NCBI GenBank assembly: GCA_045106455.1
Contig: JBGCEL010000021.1
Location: 49,713-113,712, forward strand
DNA from: Gammaproteobacteria bacterium
Lineage (GTDB): Bacteria; Pseudomonadota; Gammaproteobacteria; Steroidobacterales; JBCCMA01
Length of the DNA stretch: 64,000 bases
Reading direction: 5' to 3'
The notes beneath the pieces were generated by a model. It was not told where the DNA came from. It ran no database searches and saw only the letters and a program-made list of their open reading frames with translations. A program made the translations under genes and the position numbers. This document shows positions 58,668 through 64,000 of this stretch, one piece after another; position 1 is the first letter of the stretch, and every line of letters begins with the position of its first letter.

Positions 58668-61205
58668 GTGACAGGCAGCGGTCGCCCACCCTTTTTTAAA
58701 TCTGATCTATTCGCCGGTGCGCTTTATGCGCTGGCGTTTGGCGTGGTGTTGCTTGCGTTTGGCGAGCGCTGGTTCTATCCGCTGGAAGCCGGTCTGTACG
58801 ATCGAATCATGACGTCGCGTTCGGTCAGTCCGCACCCGGACATCACCATCGTTGCCATCGATGAGGCCAGCGTGCGCAACATCGGTCGTTTTCCCTTTTC
58901 ACGTGACGTGACGGCCGCTGTTATTGACACACTGGCGACAGGCGGTGCGCATACGATCGCCAGCACGCTCGTATTTTCCGAGGCACAAGTCGACGCCGGC
59001 TCCGATTTCCTGCGCGATTTGCGCGGCACCGCGACCGATATCGCGGCAACGCTGGGTAATCCCGAAGACCAGGGCAAACTCGACGCGCTGCAACGCCAAA
59101 TCGACGGAGCCATTGCGGCCATCGATTACGATCAGACCCTCACCAGCAGTGTCGCCAGTGCTGGCAACGTGCTGCTTCCGGTTTTGTTCGACGCCGTGGG
59201 GTATCCGGCAGGCCGTCCCACAACGCCGTTGCCGGTTTTTGCGGCAGAGCACGCGCTGGCCAACGGCACGACGCTGCCCGCCGTCCCTTTTTTGCAGCCA
59301 ACGCTGCCGCTGAGCGCGCTTGGCAAGGTCGCCGCCGACATTGGTCATCTCGGTCTAATTGCCGACGTAGACGGTGTGGTGCGTGATGTGCCTCTGATCG
59401 CAAATTACTACGGCACCGCGTTCAGCTCACTGGCGCTGACCACAGCGCTGCACACGTTAAATCTCGACAGTGAAGATCTGACCCTGCGCGATGACGGCGC
59501 GCTGGTCGCCGCAGGACTGGTTCTGCCGGCCGACAACGAGGGTCGACTGCGTACCCAGTTTTACCGCAGCCGCGACGGCCAGGAACTGTTCCGCCAAGAG
59601 TCGTTTTATGACGTGTTCTCCGGCATCACGCCCGCGGCGTCGTTTCGCGGCAAAACGGTATTGATCGGACCGACCGCCGCCGGCATCGGCGACGCCCTCA
59701 ACACACCAGCCGGCACCAATACCGCACCGGTCACGCTACTGGCCAACGCGGTTAGTGCGATTTTGCAACAGCACATCATCACGCGCCCGAGCTTCACCCG
59801 CTGGCTGGAATGGCTGCTGTATGGCCTCTTGTTTGCTTATATCGCGCTGGCGCTGCCGCGCCTCAAAGCCACGTTGGCCGCCGGCATTACGCTCGCGCTA
59901 ATTGTCGGACTATTGGTGGTGCAGTGGCTGGCGCTCAACGGTGCATCACTGTGGCTGCAGTGTTTAACCCCCGTCTGGTTCCTGATTGGCGGGCATTTGG
60001 TTATGACCAGCAAACGCTTCGGGGTGACCGAACGACTCAAAGTGCAAACCGACGCCGCCAGTGCGGAATCCAATCGCATGCTCGGACTCGCGTTTCAAAA
60101 TCAGGGCCAGCTGGATATGGCGTTTGAGAAATTTCGCCGCTGTCCGCTGGACGATTCGATGATGGAGCCGCTGTACAATCTCGCTCTGGATTTTGAACGC
60201 AAACGCCAGTTCAACAAAGCGGGTGCCGTGTACTCACGCATGGCGTCGCACGATCCGGACTACCGCGATCTGGCCGGCCGCCTGAAACGCAGCGAGCAGC
60301 TCGACGAAACGCTCATCATTGGCCACGGCGGCGACGCCGGCGCCACGCTTATGCTCGATGGCGACAATATTCAAAAGCCGATGCTGGGCCGCTACACGGT
60401 GGAAAAAGAACTCGGCAAAGGCGCCATGGGCACCGTCTACATGGGGCGGGATCCGAAAATCAACCGCATTGTGGCTATCAAGACCATCGCCATATCGCAG
60501 GAATTCGATGAAAACGAAGTGGCGAGCGTGCGCGACCGCTTCTTCCGCGAGGCCGAAACGGCCGGACGCCTGAACCATCCCGATATCGTCACCGTTTTTG
60601 ATGCCGGCGAAGAACACGATCTGGCCTACATCGCCATGGAATACCTGCGTGGCGATCATTTGAGCGGCCGCACGCGCTCACCGGATTTGCTGCCCGACGA
60701 AACCACCATTGAGCTGATGGCGCGTGTCGCACAGGCGCTCGACTATGCCCACCGCGAAGACGTCGTCCATCGCGATATCAAACCGGCCAACATCATGTAC
60801 GACCCGGATTCGGGCGATGTGAAAGTGACCGATTTTGGTATCGCCCGGATCACCTCCTCGTCCAAGACCAAAACCGGCATCGTTCTGGGCACGCCCTCGT
60901 ACATGTCGCCCGAGCAACTGTCCGGGAAAAACGTGACGGGTCGCTCGGACTTATTTTCGCTCGGTGTTACGCTTTATCAGTTACTTGCGGGTCAGTTGCC
61001 GTTCCGGGCCGACTCGATGGCGACCTTGATGTACAAGATCGCCAATGAGCCCCACACGCCGCTGCGTGTCGCGCGACCTGACCTGCCCGGATGCCTCGAA
61101 GCGGTAATCGACAAAGCACTGGCCAAAGACGCCGACGAGCGCTACCAAACGGGCGCCGAAATGGCGCTGGACCTGCGCGACTGTCGCGCCACGCTGGCGG
61201 CATAA
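58668..61205 (+). CDS. Membrane Hanks-type Ser/Thr kinase with CHASE2 sensor and TPR-like linker
   Basis: IVAIDE...GRFPFSR and DVDGVVR (CHASE2), three TM segments, TPR-like segment, LGKGAMG, VAIK, HRDIKPAN, DFG, YMSPE; GTG 58668 follows GGAG (ATG 58656 alternative). Confidence 0.92.
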   Translation: MTGSGRPPFFKSDLFAGALYALAFGVVLLAFGERWFYPLEAGLYDRIMTSRSVSPHPDITIVAIDEASVRNIGRFPFSRDVTAAVIDTLATGGAHTIASTLVFSEAQVDAGSDFLRDLRGTATDIAATLGNPEDQGKLDALQRQIDGAIAAIDYDQTLTSSVASAGNVLLPVLFDAVGYPAGRPTTPLPVFAAEHALANGTTLPAVPFLQPTLPLSALGKVAADIGHLGLIADVDGVVRDVPLIANYYGTAFSSLALTTALHTLNLDSEDLTLRDDGALVAAGLVLPADNEGRLRTQFYRSRDGQELFRQESFYDVFSGITPAASFRGKTVLIGPTAAGIGDALNTPAGTNTAPVTLLANAVSAILQQHIITRPSFTRWLEWLLYGLLFAYIALALPRLKATLAAGITLALIVGLLVVQWLALNGASLWLQCLTPVWFLIGGHLVMTSKRFGVTERLKVQTDAASAESNRMLGLAFQNQGQLDMAFEKFRRCPLDDSMMEPLYNLALDFERKRQFNKAGAVYSRMASHDPDYRDLAGRLKRSEQLDETLIIGHGGDAGATLMLDGDNIQKPMLGRYTVEKELGKGAMGTVYMGRDPKINRIVAIKTIAISQEFDENEVASVRDRFFREAETAGRLNHPDIVTVFDAGEEHDLAYIAMEYLRGDHLSGRTRSPDLLPDETTIELMARVAQALDYAHREDVVHRDIKPANIMYDPDSGDVKVTDFGIARITSSSKTKTGIVLGTPSYMSPEQLSGKNVTGRSDLFSLGVTLYQLLAGQLPFRADSMATLMYKIANEPHTPLRVARPDLPGCLEAVIDKALAKDADERYQTGAEMALDLRDCRATLAA

Positions 61206-61233
61206 TATTGAAACATGCGGATTCGAAAAACAG

Positions 61234-62058
61234 ATGAGTCTTAAGGGCAAAATTGAGCACGTCACACTGACCGATACCGGTCTGGTGCGTGAACACAATG
61301 AAGACGCCATCGGAGCCGACATGGACATCGGCCTGCTGGTGCTTGCCGACGGTATGGGTGGCTACAACGCCGGCGAAGTGGCGAGCGGCATTGCCGTGAA
61401 AACCACCATGGACATGGTCCAGGACGCCATCGCACGGGAAGACCGCGCGGCGATCGATCCCGAAACCGGCTTGATGCGCCAGACCATCGTGCTGCGCGAT
61501 GCCATCATGCGCGCCAACAAAATTATTCATCAGACCGCTCAGACGCGTTCTGAATGCGAAGGCATGGGCACCACGATTGTCGCCTGCCTGTTTTGGGACA
61601 ACACGGTCTCGATTGCCCACGTCGGTGATTCGCGACTGTATCGACTCAGAGACTCACGCTTCGCCCAGGTCACGAAAGACCATTCGCTGTTTCGCGAATT
61701 GGTGGATCGCGGTTTCTACTCTCCGGAAGAGGCCGAGCGGTCGCTAAACCGGAATTATGTGACACGCGCACTGGGCATAGAACCGAAGGTCGAGGTAGAA
61801 CTGTCTGAGGAAAAGGTGCGCCCGCAGGACGTTTATGTCCTCTGCTCGGATGGCCTTTCAGACATGGTGGATGATGAGGATATTCATTTAACTATCAGCA
61901 CTTTTAATGCTAATCTTAACCTTATTGGTCAACAGCTTATCCGCCTGACCAATGACAACGGCGGACGCGACAACGTCTCGATCGTTGTGGCCAAAGTGCT
62001 CAAGCCTTTTTCCGAACGACAAAAACTGCTCAAGAAATTGAGTTCCATTTTCAGCTAG
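61234..62058 (+). CDS. PP2C-family Ser/Thr phosphatase (Stp1/IreP type)
   Basis: REHNED, ADGMGG, HVGDSR, CSDGL, GGRDN. Confidence 0.95.
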   Translation: MSLKGKIEHVTLTDTGLVREHNEDAIGADMDIGLLVLADGMGGYNAGEVASGIAVKTTMDMVQDAIAREDRAAIDPETGLMRQTIVLRDAIMRANKIIHQTAQTRSECEGMGTTIVACLFWDNTVSIAHVGDSRLYRLRDSRFAQVTKDHSLFRELVDRGFYSPEEAERSLNRNYVTRALGIEPKVEVELSEEKVRPQDVYVLCSDGLSDMVDDEDIHLTISTFNANLNLIGQQLIRLTNDNGGRDNVSIVVAKVLKPFSERQKLLKKLSSIFS

Positions 62059-62076
62059 ACGCATAGAGATCGCGAC

Positions 62077-62862
62077 ATGGCACGCTTAATTTTGAATCTC
62101 GATGGGCAAGTGCTCGCCGAATACAACATGCAGAAAGAGCGCTATACGGTGGGTCGCCTGCCGGATAACGACGTGCGTATTGATAACCCGGCGGTCAGTG
62201 GTCACCACTCGCTTGTGATCAACATTCTCAACGACTCGTTCCTTGAGGATCTCAACAGCACCAACGGCACCTATGTGAACGGCAAACTGGTCAAAAAACA
62301 CGCCCTGCAACACGGCGATGTGATTACGATCGGTCATCACCAGCTGCGATTTGTCGACGACGATAAAGAAGATCAGGACAACGACGAATTCGAAAAGACC
62401 ATGATCATTCGGCCGGGCGCCCAAAGCGGTGCGCCGAGTGTCGACAAGGTCAACGATGCGTTGCTCTCCGCAGGTCAAGGCGAGGTCATTCGCCCACCGG
62501 CGTCACCACCGCCTACCGCCACACAGACGCTGGACGAATCTGACGTCGCCGCCGCGGTCACGATGGCTGAGAACAAAAGCTCAGCATTGCCCAAAGCCAA
62601 GCTACAGGTATTGAGCGGTGCGTTTGCCGGCAAAGAACTTGCGCTGACCAAAGCGCTCACCACGCTCGGACGGCCGGGTGTGCAGGTGGCCGCGATCACA
62701 CGTCGCGCCGAGGGTTACTCCGTGGTTCATGTCGACAGCGGCAAGCCCGGCCACTACCCTCACGTCAATGGCCAGCCCATTGGGCCGCAGGCCAGACGCT
62801 TGAACGACAACGACGTGATTGAATTAGCCGGCGTCAAAATGGGCTTTTTCAGCACCTCGTAA
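62077..62862 (+). CDS. FHA-domain protein (canonical N-terminal FHA plus degenerate C-terminal FHA)
   Basis: VGR...VSGHH...DLNSTNGT; second domain LGRPG...VNG...LNDNDVI. Confidence 0.9.
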   Translation: MARLILNLDGQVLAEYNMQKERYTVGRLPDNDVRIDNPAVSGHHSLVINILNDSFLEDLNSTNGTYVNGKLVKKHALQHGDVITIGHHQLRFVDDDKEDQDNDEFEKTMIIRPGAQSGAPSVDKVNDALLSAGQGEVIRPPASPPPTATQTLDESDVAAAVTMAENKSSALPKAKLQVLSGAFAGKELALTKALTTLGRPGVQVAAITRRAEGYSVVHVDSGKPGHYPHVNGQPIGPQARRLNDNDVIELAGVKMGFFSTS

Positions 62863-62875
62863 GTGCCTACCCAGC

Positions 62876-62894
62876 GCCCGGGCCATGCCCGGGC
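62876..62894. terminator. GC hairpin between the convergent FHA gene and alr
   Basis: gcccgggc-cat-gcccgggc inverted repeat; no clear U tract. Confidence 0.4.
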
Positions 62895-62896
62895 CG

Positions 62897-63991
62897 TTAG
62901 CGAGCCGAAGTCGGATGCGTAAGATCGATCCGCACGCGCTGCGAAATACCGCATAACAGCTCATAGGGAATGGTCCCGATGCTGTGTGCGAGTTCTTCAA
63001 CGCCAAGACCCGGCCCCCAGAGCACGGCCTCATCGCCCACGCAGACCTCAGTGCCCTGCCCCAGATCCACCGCAATCATATCCATCGACACACGGCCCAC
63101 CATCGCCACGCGCTGCTCACGAATGAGCACTGGCGTGCCGCTGGGCAAACGCCACGGATAACCGTCGCCGTAGCCGGCCGCAACAATGCCAAGCACGGTG
63201 TCGTGTTGCGCCTGCCAGGTGCCGCCGTAACCCACGCGCTCGCCCGCCGCCACCGGCTTCACCGCGATCACTTTGGACCACAGGGTCATCACCGGTGTGA
63301 GATTCAAATCTTCGGTGGTTTGCTCGGCAACGGGCGACGCGCCGTACAGCATGAGTCCGGGGCGCACCCAGTCACCGTGACTCTGTGGCACGCGCAAAAT
63401 CCCGGCCGAGTTGACGATGCTACGCTCGCCGGGCCATCCGGACGTCACCTGTTGAAAGAGCTCAACCTGCTTCACCGACGTGGTGTCCGCAGGATCGTCC
63501 GCGCAGGCCAGATGGGTCATGAGCGTAACCGGCTGGTGAACGCAGCCGATGCGCTGCAAACGCGCCCACGCACCGTGCCCCTCATCGGCCTTGAAACCCA
63601 GTCGGTTCATACCCGAATCAATTTTGAGCCAGACCCGAAACAGCCCGGCGCCGCCATAGGCCTCGAGCATGTCGATCTGGTCATGGCGATGTACGACGAG
63701 GTCAAAATGATAGCGCGCGGCCAGATCCAGCTCGTTGGCCGTCATGATGCCCTCAAGCAGCAGCACCCGCGACGTGCAGCCCGCATCACGCACGGCCACC
63801 GCTTCGCTCATGCGCGCCACGGCCAGCGCATCCGCGTCACTGAGCGCCCGCGCCACGTGGGTAATGCCATGGCCATAAGCGTTGGCTTTGACCACCGCCA
63901 TCACGCGCGCACCACGCGCCAACTCGCGCACGCGCGCCAGGTTGTCGCGCAGTGCCTGTCCATTGACACGTACCTGCGCTTGAGCGGTCAA
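62897..63991 (-). CDS. alr: Alanine racemase
   Basis: AVVKANAYGHG, DSGMNRLG, VRPGLMLYG, GRVSMD. Confidence 0.97.
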   Translation of the reverse strand: MTAQAQVRVNGQALRDNLARVRELARGARVMAVVKANAYGHGITHVARALSDADALAVARMSEAVAVRDAGCTSRVLLLEGIMTANELDLAARYHFDLVVHRHDQIDMLEAYGGAGLFRVWLKIDSGMNRLGFKADEGHGAWARLQRIGCVHQPVTLMTHLACADDPADTTSVKQVELFQQVTSGWPGERSIVNSAGILRVPQSHGDWVRPGLMLYGASPVAEQTTEDLNLTPVMTLWSKVIAVKPVAAGERVGYGGTWQAQHDTVLGIVAAGYGDGYPWRLPSGTPVLIREQRVAMVGRVSMDMIAVDLGQGTEVCVGDEAVLWGPGLGVEELAHSIGTIPYELLCGISQRVRIDLTHPTSAR

Positions 63992-64000
63992 AACTCGTCG

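Noticed and set aside
63988-64000. Possible last codons (DEF-stop) of an upstream gene, perhaps dnaB, overlapping the alr start
   Set aside because: Only three codons are visible, so the identity rests on synteny expectation alone.

Overview
Chromosomal window from a GC-rich (roughly 60%, estimated by eye) Gammaproteobacterium-like genome. I found no tRNA, rRNA, CRISPR array, IS element or prophage. Left to right: the end of an Rrf2 regulator; a sufBCDSUT operon with a SixA-like phosphatase; cyclophilin, nhaA and an SGNH hydrolase; a cbb3 oxidase cluster (ccoNOQP, orf, ccoGHIS, DsbD_2/TauE-like); a heme-PAS fixLJ pair and a uspE-like gene; a 12.3-kb gene for a ~4,100-aa secreted repetitive adhesin-like protein, divergent from a trypsin-like lipoprotein; sdaA, putA, hslR, kbl-tdh, an M48 peptidase and sppA; a TatT-containing TRAP (TPAT) transporter; htpG; the rpsP-rimM-trmD-rplS and ffh block; a cyclic-nucleotide phosphodiesterase, ypjD, yfjD and radA; a CHASE2 Ser/Thr kinase-PP2C-FHA operon; and alr. 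Best leads: (1) FixLJ sits where fnr usually sits, and an identical 15-bp FixJ-box-like motif precedes both ccoN and uspE, suggesting a direct FixLJ-to-cbb3 circuit without FNR/FixK. (2) The giant protein has 10 SdrD-B domains, 19 putative isopeptide-bond Ig repeats (two with Lys replaced by Thr), an exact 7 x 1062-bp array and unassigned C-terminal domains, and its upstream region holds twin CRP-type boxes. (3) The kinase and the FHA protein share candidate pThr-x-x-Ile/Leu docking motifs. All functional calls come from motif recognition by eye; no database searches were run.
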